DNA from: Octopus bimaculoides
Taxonomy: Eukaryota
Direction: 5' to 3'
Assembly: GCF_001194135.2 (NCBI RefSeq)
Contig: NC_068982.1
Span: 122,726,007 to 122,790,006 of the forward strand
DNA length: 64,000 nucleotides
Position 1 is the first letter of the stretch, and each line of letters begins with the position of its first letter. The notes beneath the pieces were generated by a model. That model was not told the DNA's origin. It searched no databases and saw only the letters and a list, made by a program, of their open reading frames with translations. Position numbers and translations under genes: made by a program. Shown in pieces: positions 13,559 through 27,979 of the stretch.

Positions 13559-15260
13559 ATACATACACACATACATACACACACACACATTTACATACAC
13601 CTTAACATTTATTTGTTTCATCCTGTCTATTTTAACTACATAAATTTGTATGGGTTTATGAACAATCTATTCAAATAAATAATGGGTAAATAAAATGAAC
13701 TAAATTATTTAGAACAGCTCAAGTTAATGATGATGGTAATTATATATATATACATTATTTTTATCGTTTACTTTTCAATATTTTTAAACTTTTACTTTTG
13801 TAGTTATAGTCTAAAAAGAATTTTCTTTATAGCCTCCTCATTTGATTGTTTTCCATAATAGCTGTAACAAGTTTGCAATTTACCTTCATGTTTGTGTGTG
13901 TGTTTTTATTCTTACTGTGCATTTCCTTGTTAAGAGCATCATCTTCAGTCTCAAACCATTTTGCTTTGAAGTTTTTTTCTTCCTCTCCTTTCCTTATGTA
14001 TGATTACATCCAAGTTTTCTATAAAACTTTAATAATTTTTCAGAGTCCCTTGGATTTATGTTCCTCTTTAATATTTTTTTCATGTTTTTAGTTTTATTTT
14101 TACAATTCCAAAAATCCACTACATATGGATGTGTGAATACATCTCTCATGAGGCTATGTTTTAATGAACTTAAGTTTTTTGAGTGTTTGTGTGTGTGTGT
14201 GTGTGTGTAAGTGCACGTGTGCATGTTTAGATGAGATATCTTTTGGATTCTAATATGTCTGATGATCTAAGTGGGAAGTAGCATTGTTCTGTTGTAGATT
14301 CTGTCTTGTGATGTTGGCATGGATGTGTAACCAAAATACCATTAATGATTAATTCCTAGATTTGAGTCTCATACTTCACTGTCTTTGAGAAAGTGATTTC
14401 TTCTTCTCTATTTAATACTTTGTATCTAATTTAATAACTATTCTCCAAAGAAGCTAAATTTAAAATTCTGTTGTCTTAGAAACAATAGGATGGTCACGAG
14501 TGGAATGTCTTTGACCATAGGACTTTTCAGTCATGGTTGCCCTAGGGTTGAACTTGTGTTTCTCATGGGGTGGGGCTGTATGGATTAAAAAGGGAGGAGA
14601 CAAAAATACCATGTTTCATTAAATTCAGAGGGCTTTAACCTTATCTAACAGCATGGTGAAGAAAGAATTATATGGATACAAGCTCAATTTTATTTTTTTC
14701 ATTAATAAAAACAGGACCACCAGATGTTTCGCCAATATTTTGGAGATAGAGCTTGATGTTACTTGGTATTTATCAGTCTGAAAACCACTATAGAACTTGT
14801 TATTACTCAATACTGTGACACTATGTCTCTTGCTTTTAAAATTTATCAGTTCTGACATGATTGTTATGATTGTTTTGTTTTTTTTACGTTGAAGTATATA
14901 ATACTCTGACAACTAACAAATGATGTGGACAATGTCTGAGCATAGAAATCATTTTCGCTCAGAGAAACTAAATAAGAGAGCCTCCACATAGTTACCTGAC
15001 CTGGTAAACATAGCAGCTAAATTGCTGTCAATCGTATCTTAGCATCTTAAAAAAAGGGGGAAAGAACAAATTCGATAATGTTGTATAAAAAAGATAGTAT
15101 GTTCACAATTGGAATGCTTTTGACCACAGTAAGTCTACTTTTTGGAGATGACCAGGAGTTAAACAGCAATACCAGCAACTTGCATTCAGATTTAATTTAA
15201 TGGAAGGAGCTTTACTGTTATCCCATTTTCTTTAGTAATCAATTCAACAAAGTTTATACA

Positions 15261-15313
<53 letters not shown>

Positions 15314-16386
15314 TTTGTATAGCATATTTTCNNNNNNNNNNCTGGGGTATTTAAGCCACTTCAGATTTTATTTGAGAATAAGATTATCCATGAATAAATT
15401 GGTTTCCCATTTTTATCATGCTTCTCAGATTAGAGCTGGTTTTTCAAAGAAACTATAAAAAAAGATACTAGATGCAAATTTGGTTTAATGATATGAGAAT
15501 ATTAATTTCTCGTTTCACTTTCATTAACATTAATAATTTAATTAAGAATCTCCATATGAATTAGTGTGTATGTGTGTGCATGCTTGTATTTTGCTTTAAT
15601 AATAACTCTTATAAATGTAGGTATTGTGTGTTTGTGTGTGTGTGTGTGAGTCTGTCTGTCTTGTCTGTCAGTCTGTGTGTGTCTGTAGTTGACAACATTT
15701 TTTTTCTTATAGGATTTATATTTTTTTAGTTTGATTATGCATGTATTTTCATTTCCTGAAGTTTTTATCCTGTTTTCATATGTCGATCTCATGAAAAAAA
15801 AAATGTTTTTATAATAAAACCAAACATAGGCAATAAGAGAAATAGTGTAATTATTTCTGAAAGATATATCCTCATCATTCACTATGTGACGTTCAGTTCA
15901 TTAATTAATTCAGATATATGTACAAGTCCAATAATAACTAATACATAGCTCCAATTTGAGCCAAATTATGTTTGATGCAGCTCCACCTGCATGTTTTAAC
16001 CACCTTGTTGATGATATCTCCTTACCCCTTTCTTAGTGAAGTACCACATATAACCCAGTTTTTAAAAAAAAAACCATGCATGTTGGTTTGACCTGAGCAG
16101 CAGCTTTTGCAATCTCTTCCTAACACTCGTTATTGTATGGTTTACCCATTTGATTATTATCGATACCATTGTTGTTGCTGTTGTTTTGATGTTGCTGTTG
16201 TTTTATAATAATATCATTGTTGTTATTATTATTAATCATTATCACTATTATTATTACTACTATTATTATTATAATAATTATTATCATTATTATTATAGTT
16301 GTTACTGTTCTTAAATTTTAATATGCAAAAATAAAGAGAACTGGGAAATTTCTGTCTTAACCATATATGTACATAAGCAAGCATAA

Positions 16387-16434
<48 letters not shown>

Positions 16435-17015
16435 TTATATATACATACATACATACATACATACTTACATACATGCATACATACATTCATATATACATAC
16501 ATTTTTGTATGTGTATGTATATGTATATATTCATAATCCGCATATATATGAATATCTTTATATGTATCTGAAACATTTCCTAGTGTCACTGAATCAGCAG
16601 CTGTACCATTAAAGAACTAAGCATATCTAATTTTACACCTATCTATATGTATCTTTATATAATGTCTATATATTCTCGATTCTTGTTCTATCATCCTGGT
16701 ACCTCTCTTTGGTTAATGTTCATCCTGTTGACTGTTGCACATAACACACCACCATTCAGCACCATGGCTCTAGTGATCACAACTGGCTAATAATGCTATA
16801 TATTTCAATTTTTTTCCTTTATTTCAAGCTTTATCTTCTTTTTATATTTCTTTCCTTTTTTCTCAGTATCATTTTCAGTATCATGTTTTCACCTGCTAAT
16901 TAATATATACATAGGTATATACATACATAGATACCTATATACACATATAAATTCACACAAACACACATGCACACATCCATATTCACACTACAAACTAAAG
17001 GATACGTACTTGATA

Positions 17016-17422
17016 CAGGCATGGCTGTGTGGGTTAGAAGCTTACTTCCTAACCATCTGGTCTTGGGTTCAGTCCCATTGTTCAGCTCCCTGGGCAAGTG
17101 TCTTCTACTATAGCCCTAAGTCAACCAAACCTTTGTGAGTGGATCAGATTGATGGAAAATAAAAGAAGCCTGTTTTATATATGTGTGTGTGCTTGTATCT
17201 ATGTGTGTATATCTGTTTGTGTTGTGTTTGTGCCCCACCACCTCTTGAAAGCTGGTGGTGGTTTGTTTACATCCCCATAACTTAGTGGTTTGGCAAAAGA
17301 GACTGATACAGTAAGTATTAGACTTAAAAATCTAAAGTACTTGAATCGATTGGGTTGGCTAAATCCTTCAAAGTGGTGCTCCAGCATGGCAACAGTCTAA
17401 TGGCTAAAACAAGTAAAAGATG
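17016..17422 (+). mobile_element. tRNA-derived SINE, family A, near full length
   Basis: CAGGCATGGCTGTGTGG...GGGTTCAGTCCC...GGGCAAGTGTCTTCTACTATAGCC...microsatellite...GGTGCTCCAGCATGGC...AAACAAGTAAAAGA. Confidence 0.85.
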
Positions 17423-18555
17423 ATATATATTATAGAGTATAATTATCTATTTAGACACAGTTGGATCATTGTTCCATGATTATTCAGAACTTTCTGTTCT
17501 TTGCACTTATACAGGGAAAATGTTTTAATTGTCATTATCAATAGAGCATTAGAATAAGGTTGCACACGTTAATTTTACATTTCTACAAATGTAGCAAGGA
17601 ACTTTTTGTCACTGTTAAAAATGTCCTTCCTTGTTTCACATAGATGCCACAAGATATTTAACTAGAATTCTTTAAAATCCGGCTGTAGTTGTTAGATACA
17701 ATAGGTTTTCAGTTCTCTCACTATAAACAGAATATCAGAAACAACACACAATATGTATAAAAAGAAGCAAGAACCAAATGCATCTAGAAATCTCTTAAGC
17801 TCCACTTTCAATGGGAAATATCGTTCAAATGTGTGTAGAACTGATGTGAGAGCAACAGATGGGACTGAAATCATTGGCTGAGAATCCTGTATAATTCCTC
17901 AGGATGCCATCAGTAGGATGAGGGTTGCACTATAAAACACAGCTTTGGAAAGACAGAATTCTATCAGAGGAAGTTGGACTGACTTTGGTAATTGAAGGTT
18001 AGTGTCTAGACTAATGGTTGTGTGGGTGTATGCTTTTTTTCCATGGTAGTGGAAGTATTGTTATACAGACAGGAGTAACTAACTTTAACATTATGAAGGT
18101 TTAAAAACTTGTGGTATTTATGTGTGCTTAGAAAATGATGTCTAATAAAGAACAAAAATTCTTGGATATGTTCATGGAGATTTCTAGATTGAATAGAGGA
18201 TGGAACCAAGTTGTTTTTCTTTTTGAGGTGGGGGGTGTTTACTCTTTACAACTCCAACACAAGGAAAAGTCCATCTCTCTGTTTCACTTCATCTTCAAAC
18301 TTCAAATCATGAGATGTGAACTGCACAGCTTGACTAAGAGCTAACTTGATAATATTCCTACTTATTTAACTGGAGAGTGTAACTCGTCTTTGTTTCTCCC
18401 ACAGGTTGTACATATTGAAACAGCCCACCATATTCCTTAGCAAGAAGCGTGACCGTCCATTCTACTCAACCTAGCTCTCTATTCCCAAATTTTAAACTAT
18501 TAGTTGATAGCACTCATATTTTTTACTGAAATTCTACCAGAATTGAAAGCAAAAG

Positions 18556-18621
18556 ACCAGAGTTACATTTGCACCAGAGTTACATTTGCACCAGAGTTAC
18601 ATTTGCACCAGAGTTGCATTT
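18556..18621. repeat. 17-bp minisatellite, about 3.9 copies (ACCAGAGTTACATTTGC)
   Basis: Three exact units and a fourth partial unit with one change. Confidence 0.95.
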
Positions 18622-18839
18622 TTCAGTAGCTATTACAACATGCAACATCTAACAGTCTTCTGTGAATAACTTGAGCTGATTAATAGGAATGAACTTTATA
18701 CATCATCCAATGACAGCCGACCTTCTTTAGAGCTCTTGATTGCCTCAGTACTTAGATTCACAGCTTCTGAAGGATCAAGTATGACTTAGCTTCTATGAAA
18801 CTTTGATTTATGCAGATTTAAAATCACAAGTTGTTTACA

Positions 18840-18877
<38 letters not shown>

Positions 18878-21720
18878 NNNNNNNNNNNNNNNNNNNNNNN
18901 NNNNNNNNNNNNNNNNNNNNNNNNNNNNNNNNNNNNNNNNNNNNNNNNNNNNNNNNNNNNNNNNNNNNNNNNNNNNNNNNNNNNNNNNNNNNNNNNNNNN
19001 NNNNNNNNNNNNNNNNNNNNNNNNNNNNNNNNNNNNNNNNNNNNNNNNNNNNNNNNNNNNNNNNNNNNNNNNNNNNNNNNNNNNNNNNNNNNNNNNNNNN
19101 NNNNNNNNNNNNNNNNNNNNNNNNNNNNNNNNNNNNNNNNNNNNNNNNNNNNNNNNNNNNNNNNNNNNNNNNNNNNNNNNNNNNNNNNNNNNNNNNNNNN
19201 NNNNATATATATAGGGATTTTGAAATGAATTTTAAACTGAAAGCTAAAGAAAATATGTTTTCACAAAATTTTCTTTTGGTAATATATTCAAAATTATAAT
19301 TGAGCATATACATCATTTTTGTTTTCATTGTTGACTTATGTGGAAGCATAATATATTTCCACTGAAACAATAGCTTTGATGGAGGGTAATGGAAGACAAT
19401 ATCAATATTTTCATTCACTGTTCCTAAGCATATCCTTACTGATTTAAAAATACCAACCACATATAGTAGAGTATAACAGTTAAGACAGCATGTCTCATAG
19501 CTAGGATGGAATAACCACAGTAAACTAACAGTTAAATGCTGGTTAGCACACATTTTGGAGCATGGAGTCAGTATGATATTCTGAAAATTAGCTCCCCACT
19601 GAGCAGAACTAACTCAATAACAACAACTGTGATGAAATAAAAGCCAATCCATGATAATTGCATTGTTCTAACCTGATACCAAATTAAAATTGTTTCATTA
19701 TTTTAATTCATAACATATATAATAATCTGACTTATAAATATATCAGACATCTTGTTGTGTGTATCCTGCTTCAGGTAAAGCATTAACTTACAATATGCTT
19801 AATAAATATATTTAATAATAAAAAATTCTTACAAAGGTCTCTCAAATACTCAAAATAGTTTCTGTGGGTGCATGCATATATTGCGCATCTGTGTATACCT
19901 ACATGTACATTCAGGAAAAAATAACTTTTAATGTTACTTGTCTTAATGATAACTATGGTATAGTAAAAAATATTTGTAAAACAGATATAAGTACGCTGTA
20001 TTATGCAGATGATTTAACTTATTTGGACATAAAATGAATGTTTGGTAAGTATGTGGTCTTTTGGCTAGTGTCACCAATGGGTTTTTTTTATATATAAAAT
20101 TTCTTGCTTCAGAATATCTTAGTTTTATCATTTCAACCATTTCATTCCTCTCTTTTCTATTTTCACACCTTTTACTTGTTTCTTTTAATTTTTCTTTGAT
20201 CATTATTATCATTATCAAGTACCACTTTTCTTTACTCTTATTTCACAAGAATTCACCAGTTTAGGGACATAATTTGCAAATATTGAATATCTTTTTAAGA
20301 ATAGAATGTTTCTATTAATTGCACTTTTAACTAATACATGCATTTTCAGTCATTCTTTGTTCAATTTTTTTTTTTCCCTTTGCTTGTTATTTTGTAAATT
20401 TTATTATAATTCTTAGGGGGCTTTGATTAGTTTTGTTTTTAAAAAGCAATTATATATTTGAAATGAAATTTAAAACCATTAACGTAAATTAAATCTATCC
20501 AGTTACTACTATTATTTTATTTTAGTTCAGTATACATTTGAAGTATCAATATTTAGTTCTGAATGAGCTTCTTAACCTAATCATTTTTAAAATCTTTAAT
20601 CCTGCTTCAACCATGTTTTAACTTCAGTCATATGATAGGAAGCAGCATTTTCTGGATTAGTTGTCTTGTACCTTTAATTTCACTTCATTTCACAAAATGG
20701 TTATTGTATATGAATAGCAAAATAAAATTATTGGAAACTAATTATTGGAAACTAATCCTACTCTCTTCTGACATTAAACTTAAACACTAAAGGATAGTGC
20801 GCCTACAGTAAATTGACTCTACTAATGGAGCCTCACACTTATAATCAACAGACTGAGTATCCAGAATATAATGTAAAAATATTTTTTTCTTTTAACATGC
20901 AAAAATAATTAGAATTTATTTCATAATAATATTGTATAATAGGGTCAACAGAATGATGTATTTTAATAAAGCTTCACAAAATTGATTTTACTTTTATGAA
21001 TGTGCATAATATACTCATAAGATGCACATAAATTCAACTATACAAACCTGCTTTAAAATCTCAAGAACTGATTAAATTTCTACTCAGCCAATCTGATCAC
21101 TGTAATATATGCTGCTAATTCTTGCTTCAATAAAAAGAAAAAATAGTAAGATATTCATTCTGATCCTATACTTTTGTATTACAAAATGAAACTGGGAAAA
21201 ACAATTGTAGGTTGGCCATTTGACTCTTAAGATCAAAATATTTAATATTCTAATAATTATCATCCTTATTTAGTTAATTTTTAATCATTTGTCATAATAA
21301 ATTTCCTGTATGAACCAGTTATATTGTATTTGGTATCATGATTAAATTTTTAGAAAACATAAATCACTCCTTATCATTTGAATGTTAACCATGGTTCTAT
21401 CATCAGTCTTTCTATTCTTATTTTTTCAACTGAAGCAAATGCTATCAAAGGCCTCTTGAATCATAATTTCTCTTATAATCTTGCCTTTTTTTCAGATTTC
21501 ACTTTTCATTTGAAAATATTTTCTCTTAACATGACCTTCATACTTACTTATTTCAGGTGTAAATACCTGTTACTCCAAGTGCTGCCTTAATACTCCTTTT
21601 CCTTTCTTAGTTTTTGCAATTTTGATTAGAGATCATTTGTCCAGTTGTGGTCACTTCTTAGCCCTGTGCCATTTTGTAGAGCCTGTGTAACCTGCATGTT
21701 GCTTTGATTTTGACCCATAG

Positions 21721-21849
21721 CTGTACAGGAGGAAATAAACATGGCTGCACGGCGTGTTTCTCTGGCCCCCATCAATCGTGCTAATGTCCAAAGTCGTAGC
21801 ATGTCATGGAGAAATGGTAGCATACACTGGGGAAGGCTAACCCTTGAAG
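21721..21849 (+). CDS. unc80: unc80 exon (AVQEEINMAARRVSLAPINRANVQSRSMSWRNGSIHWGRLTLE)
   Basis: CCATAG| acceptor, G|GTACTA donor, 129 nt, phase 1/1. Resembles the recalled vertebrate UNC80 segment EEVTNLASRRLSVSP...YSFRRGSVW and joins in frame to 40019 (E-G-DEDRTEH). Confidence 0.85.
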
Positions 21850-23753
21850 GTACTATAACCCTTCCATTTTCTGCTTTTGTATGTTACCTAAAACACTAAA
21901 TTATTTTATTCTTAACTTTTGAATGATCATCATCTGTTTCTTCATTTTAAATATCTTTATGTTATTTCCTTATATCAGCTGCTCTAAAATGTTATTGAAT
22001 CTTCAAGTGAGAAATTTTATTTGAAGTTTTCAATATTCATTGTTAGATTTTACTCTCAAAAGCATTAATTCTGAAAAGCAATATTAAAAAGTAATTAGAT
22101 ATATGCCTAAAGCTGGAAAGTATAATATTTTTCAAAACTAATACTGTAATTCAGTCTCATTTATTAGTATACTAGCATACTACCCTTCAACAATAACAAC
22201 ATTTGAGTATGGAATAACTTATGCAAACATAATTTTGTGTGGAAGAATAAGTTAGACATAGTGAGATTGACTTGTACAGAGCGAGATATAGAATTAATGA
22301 TAGCAGTAAAGAGTAATTAAGTAATAGAGAGAGAGGGGAGAATATATCTGTCAATGTATGAGTTTAAAGTCCATGAGATGAACTCTCCTTCTACATGTGT
22401 ATTACATTATTACTCTTTTCTTTTCATTCTCTATGTCTTGATCTTATTCTTTATCAAACACATTCTGTTTTTCTGTGTGTGTGTCTCTCCTACCTGACTA
22501 TCTATTTTAAGATATATTTAGGTGTACCTTAATAATTATAATGATTGCAGTGAGTTGTTGACAGTCTTCATTCAAGTATCAACTTCTAATGTACAAGAAC
22601 AAAGACTATCAATTTCACTTTATCACCTGAGACAGTACAAAGCTTGTGTGCATATTAAATATATATATATATATATATATATATGCATTTATGTACATGT
22701 GTATGTATATGCATGTATGTATATGTTTATGATGTTCTGATTACATGAAAGAACCAGTGAACAAAAAATTCATACAGGCTTTTAAGCAGAGCAGTCAATT
22801 TTATATAATAGTTGTACTTTTGGATTTAGCTGTCTCTGTATTGGCTTTAAATGTGAACTGGCTGAATGGTTGGGATATTAAACATCTGGCTGGTGAACTG
22901 TATCAGTGATGTCCCCTTCCAGATGCTTTTTATGTCTTTGAACTATTAACTTAATTTTACATCATTTTTGTTTAAGAAGCCAAAGAATATATATTAATGA
23001 GCAAAGTTTTACTAACATTAAGAATATAATCAGTTTAATCAACTGTATATACTGTATACCTGTATATAGAAGTATGAAAGTCCCATTGTTTATTACATCA
23101 ATTTTACTCAGACTGCAAAGGAGAAAACTAATTACTATACTGCATTATACAGATAATGTAATTTTTGAATAAGTGTAGCTGTTAAAAGCTGCATCTGTAA
23201 CATGAATTACAGTGGTTAAATTTCTCCCATGTCCCTTCATTATTGCTGCAAAATATAATTATTTCCATTGAAATCATTCAAGGGTTAAAAATAATGTTGA
23301 ACTGAGTGTATATGAAAATAAATATAAATATTAATCCCTCTTACTCTCTCTCTATTTATCTTTCTTTTTCTTTCTATCTTATTCTTTCCCTCTCTATCTC
23401 TTTTTCTTCTCATTCTCTCTAACACTATCTTTGCACTGTCTAAAGAACACATTGCTTATTGCCTGTTATAATGAACCTAACTGCAAGTGCATCCTAGAAG
23501 TTGGTTAACATGCTAACTAAACATATTCATTGCATATAGTTGCATTAAACGAGCTAAATTTAAATTATATACTTCAGTCTTTAGATAATGCATAACTGAT
23601 ATTATTTTGTTATTTTCCTTAATTATTTTTTCTTCTTCTTTGTTTATTTGTTGTTCTGCTATTTTCTTTCCAGTGTGAAACTTTATATCAAATCATTCCA
23701 TGCTTTATAAAATGGTGTAGTATTGATGCAAATATCAGCTGATATATCATTAT

Positions 23754-23784
<31 letters not shown>

Positions 23785-24688
23785 TACACACACACACGCA
23801 CACACACAACACTAACACACACTCACACATTGTACTTGATATTGATGTATTTGGCAGAAATCACATTACATATGTATAAATACATGAGCATATGTTTATG
23901 CATATCATCCCTGTAATTATATATAACTTTGATAGGTTTTAGCCAGTATAGGCCCGAGCCATGTCTAACTTAATAGCACCACCTGGTGAAGTCTTTTAGT
24001 CATACATGGGGCACCATATAAATCCTACAGTCATATAAACACCTTTATATGTGTAATCAGTGTAATCATGTATATGTGCACACACACACACACATATGAT
24101 AGGCTTCCACACAATTTATGTCAACCAGTTCCTAGTACCATCTCAAGTCATGGGCACACTGGGTAGTTGCCTGGAGGTCTCACATGTCTAGGGGCCCAAT
24201 TTTGATCTATGTTTTATGTGGCTTACTGTCAATAAATAAATACTATAGGGCCTAGTGCATTGATTTACCCAGGGACCTGTAATACTGCTAAGATGGTCCT
24301 TCCAATTCCATTCACAAGGTATTCATTAAACTGAAGCTATATTGCTCAAGGTATTACATAGTGGAACAGAAGCCTGAATCATCTGAAATTTAAAAGTATA
24401 GCCTTGTTACATTGTATCACACTGATTGAGTAGAAAACTGTGAAAGGGTACATGTGTCTGTAAAGTACTCAGCCACTTACATGTTATTTTCGTGAGTAGG
24501 AATTCATTTCGTTGCATAACTGAATGCTTATCATCAAAACTAATGGAGAATGTACCATTTACGTGCACATGCTCACAAACACACACATGCTTACATACAT
24601 ACATACATACCTAACATACATATGTACACAACATACCTACATATATATAACATATGCACACTCACATACACACATACATACATACATA

Positions 24689-24736
<48 letters not shown>

Positions 24737-25430
24737 TAATTCCCATAATATTTCTGATCAGCTATTTTGTAAAATGTTGAATGTCTGCCATATTTAATTG
24801 TTTTAAAAACATTTTGATTTTTTTAATTTCCAGTTAGAAATTGATATTTTTTTGTTTAATAAAGATCTATAGTTAAGTGTCATTGAATAACTGAGGATTT
24901 TTATGACTTTTATTTAAAAAGAATTCTATATGCTTATATAACACTATTAACATAAATATTAGGAAATTAATCAAAACTACTGTCATCTAAGAAATTTTCC
25001 TCACGTGTTCAACCAAGCATTACTTCAAGGTAGCCACTCAGCAGCAATAATGTGCAGATGTTATCAGTAAACTGTTATTATTTTCATTATGTCATAAACA
25101 TCGAAATACCTGCACATATATTGTTTATATGTTCTTTTGGAAAGGTTTGTGAACAGCTCCTATAACTTAAAATACTAAAATACACAACTTGCATCAGAGT
25201 AAGAATGGTGAATGATTATAAAAGTGAGTACAATTTGGTGTGGGCTTCTCACAGTCTCCTAGTAGTGATGAGAGACAAAATGGAATGATTGTAGGATCAT
25301 GTTTGAATTGTTCACCTGTCCTGACTAGTGCTCAGACAGAGTGCAGGAACCTAGTCTTCCCTTCTGTTAAATGATAAATTAATATACATATACATACCTA
25401 CATACACATACACACACACACACACTTTTA

Positions 25431-25731
25431 TATTGTCAAGCATTATATTTTTGGTTATTGCAGATAGCCAGTGTCACAAAGTCACTGATGGTTTTATGCT
25501 GACTATCACACATAGTGCTCTTTTTTCTCTCCTGAAAAATGTTATAACTTGTCATTCTGCTTTATTTCACCACCAAGTAAACCAGGACTATATATTCACC
25601 TACAGCATAAATGAGGCTATGAGCTTCTGGCCAGCAAATCTGAAAAGTCATCAACGTTGCCAAGTGTAATAGGTGGTGTGAAACCATAGCTAACTTTCTG
25701 AGCGGTTATATGACATAACTGCTTGACAATA
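25431..25731. mobile_element. MITE with short TIRs and TA flanks
   Basis: TA|TATTGTCAAGCA ... TGCTTGACAATA|TA: 12-bp perfect inverted ends, about 300 bp long. Confidence 0.5.
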
Positions 25732-26387
25732 TAAATAAGTATAACCACTCAGTTTCTCTTTTAGAGTGTGCTTTTTCCCGACTTATGGACAACTAACTGA
25801 TAATATATATGCATACATGTGTATGTTTGTAAAATAGTGTGTTTATGTGAACATGTTTGTGTTTACATATGTGAATATTTGCTTATGTATGCAGAAATAT
25901 AGTTCTTCACAGTCTGTGCTGCAGCTTATATGGTCAAAACAAATTTTATGACATATCTAATCTTCATTCTATCTATGGTTATACATTTTCTATTATTGAT
26001 ATGCTGTACTGAGATTCAGGACTTTAAAAAAAAAAGATGGACCTTGTTTTTAAAGCTAATAGAATATTTTGCTTTGTATGTATGATGTGTGTATGAGAGG
26101 ATGGGTGAATAAATTTTACTTGCTTTTTCACTGAGCAGGTCAAGTAACCTAATAACCTAATGTCTTATTTTCAAGACTGCTAGACTTTTGGAATGCTCTT
26201 CAGTATTTAGTTGACTATCTCGATATTATAAAATCATAACATACAAAGTATCTATAAAATGTTGCTCTATTTCTTATAGTATTGTATATTCTTTTCATGT
26301 CTCACCACCACCATTATTTAATCTACAGTCTTTATCCACTACAAATATTTGAAGAAATCTTTTATTGATTTATTTACTTTCTTCCAG

Positions 26388-26441
26388 ATCTGAATCACTA
26401 TCAACCTAGTATTTCTCCTACTCCAACTTTACCTCTTATAG
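26388..26441 (+). CDS. unc80: Candidate 54-nt cassette exon of unc80 (phase 1/1; DLNHYQPSISPTPTLPLI)
   Basis: TTTATTTACTTTCTTCCAG|AT CTG AAT...CTT ATA G|GTGATG. 54 nt, open and frame-preserving between exons 21721-21849 and 40019-40153; TGCATG 49 nt downstream. Confidence 0.55.
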
Positions 26442-27293
26442 GTGATGATGTTTTAAAATTGGCAAAAATATTGTCAGCTCTCCTTTCTTTGCATGTAAAT
26501 TAGTAGTTGGATTTATTTTGCCGCTACTTGTAGTATTAACAGCTGAAATTCTGCCACTTTTGTCACAACATTTATTTTTTTCTGTACATCTGGTGAGTGT
26601 TTGTGTTTATGTATGTATGTATATATGTGTGTGTTACAGTTGATCTCACGGATAATTCACTGATTATTAGTACTAATATTGAACTTTATATCACAACTGA
26701 TTCACAAACTCTGAGTCACTCTTGTTAAATTTTGTATCACAAATAAATCACATATCTTTAGTAATTATGTTTTACTTGATAGAACATTTTCATCTCTCTA
26801 CTGTAGTTGATATCACAACAGCACAAATTAATTCACAAATGACTGGTCAGTGTGTGTGTGTTATTGTTGATATAATACATGGTCCACGGTTTATTTATAT
26901 GAACTTGGCAATATTTTTCCCTAAAGTACTAAAAGCTTTCTTATGTAAAAAAAAAAAAGTAACTAATTAATTAATAAAACAGTGTAAATTAGATCTATAC
27001 TTTTACTTTGGCATCTGTGGTTCCCCCTCTGAGAAAGAAGTTGAAATATTTTCTGTCTATTTCAAAGGTGTATTCTTCCAGCTTGATGAAACTTCAGTTC
27101 TTTGTTAGACTTGGTTTTCGTTCTATTTTCATTCTTTAGTACACAATATATTTATGTATAAATCTCTGATTTTAAAAGTTCTAAATACTGGTTCCATTTA
27201 TTGCTTTATTACATGAAATAAAGCATTTTTATATATATTATATATGCCATTATTTTATAAATACACACACACAAATGTGTCTGTGTGTGCATG

Positions 27294-27373
<80 letters not shown>

Positions 27374-27384
27374 ATATATATATT

Positions 27385-27660
27385 GTTAGGAGGTCAGGTT
27401 TAGAAACGTGGTTGAGAATCTGATCCCTCCATGTGAATGCTGCTAGCTAACATACTATAATAGCTGCTGGTCAACCAATAACTTGTGAGTCAAGTGGGTA
27501 GATATAAACTAATGAAGCCTGTTGTATATGTATATGCTTGTCTGTGTGCATATGTGTTTTTGTATGAGTTTATATTTCTCCTTGTCTTTACGTGTGTTTG
27601 CTGACTTTAAAGACTGTAGACAAAAAAGCTTTGACATCAATACAGGCAGTCTCAGGCTTC
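27385..27660 (+). mobile_element. Degenerate family A SINE
   Basis: ACTATAATAGCTGCTGGTCAACCAATAACTTGTGAGT...AAACTAATGAAGCCTGTTGTATA followed by a TG-rich tract. Confidence 0.45.
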
Positions 27661-27699
27661 TTGCCAGTTGTGTGATTTTCACAAATTAAAATGGCTCAT

Positions 27700-27875
27700 A
27701 ACTCTGTCTGAGCTGTTTGTTATTCAATAGTCTAGGGATTATTACCTTATTTGGAAACAAGTGAGGATTGGTGACAGGAAGGGTATCTGACCATAGAAAA
27801 TCTTCCTCGGCATTCTGTCTGGCCCATGAAAACCTGGAAATGTGGATGTTAAAATGGTAATGATGATATTGTTGT
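27700..27875 (-). mobile_element. SINE/RTE-type 3-prime tail fragment
   Basis: Reverse complement of the GGAAGGG..TC...CATGGAAAA.TGGAT.TTAAA(GAT)n tail seen at 57125-57365. Confidence 0.55.
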
Positions 27876-27979
27876 ATCATATATATAGTTATACATATAA
27901 TAAGTACATCACAAATTGTATAACTATAATAATTTATCTATATATGTATATAATGTACATCATATATATATATATATAT

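Noticed and set aside
17690-18345. GC-richer stretch with several short ORFs
   Set aside because: Stops in all frames and no recognisable motif; probably an old TE remnant that I cannot classify without a search.
21611-21649. 39-nt in-frame segment just upstream of exon 21721
   Set aside because: Donor GTCACT is very weak and the implied intron is only 71 nt.
23620-23715. Very strong pyrimidine tract plus CAG at 23673
   Set aside because: Immediate TGA in the required frame and no good donor; a poison exon cannot be supported from sequence alone.
26543-26592. Exon ending at the strong CTG|GTGAGT donor
   Set aside because: The nearest acceptors give 50 or 59 nt and are not frame-compatible; kept only as a note in the 54-nt exon finding.
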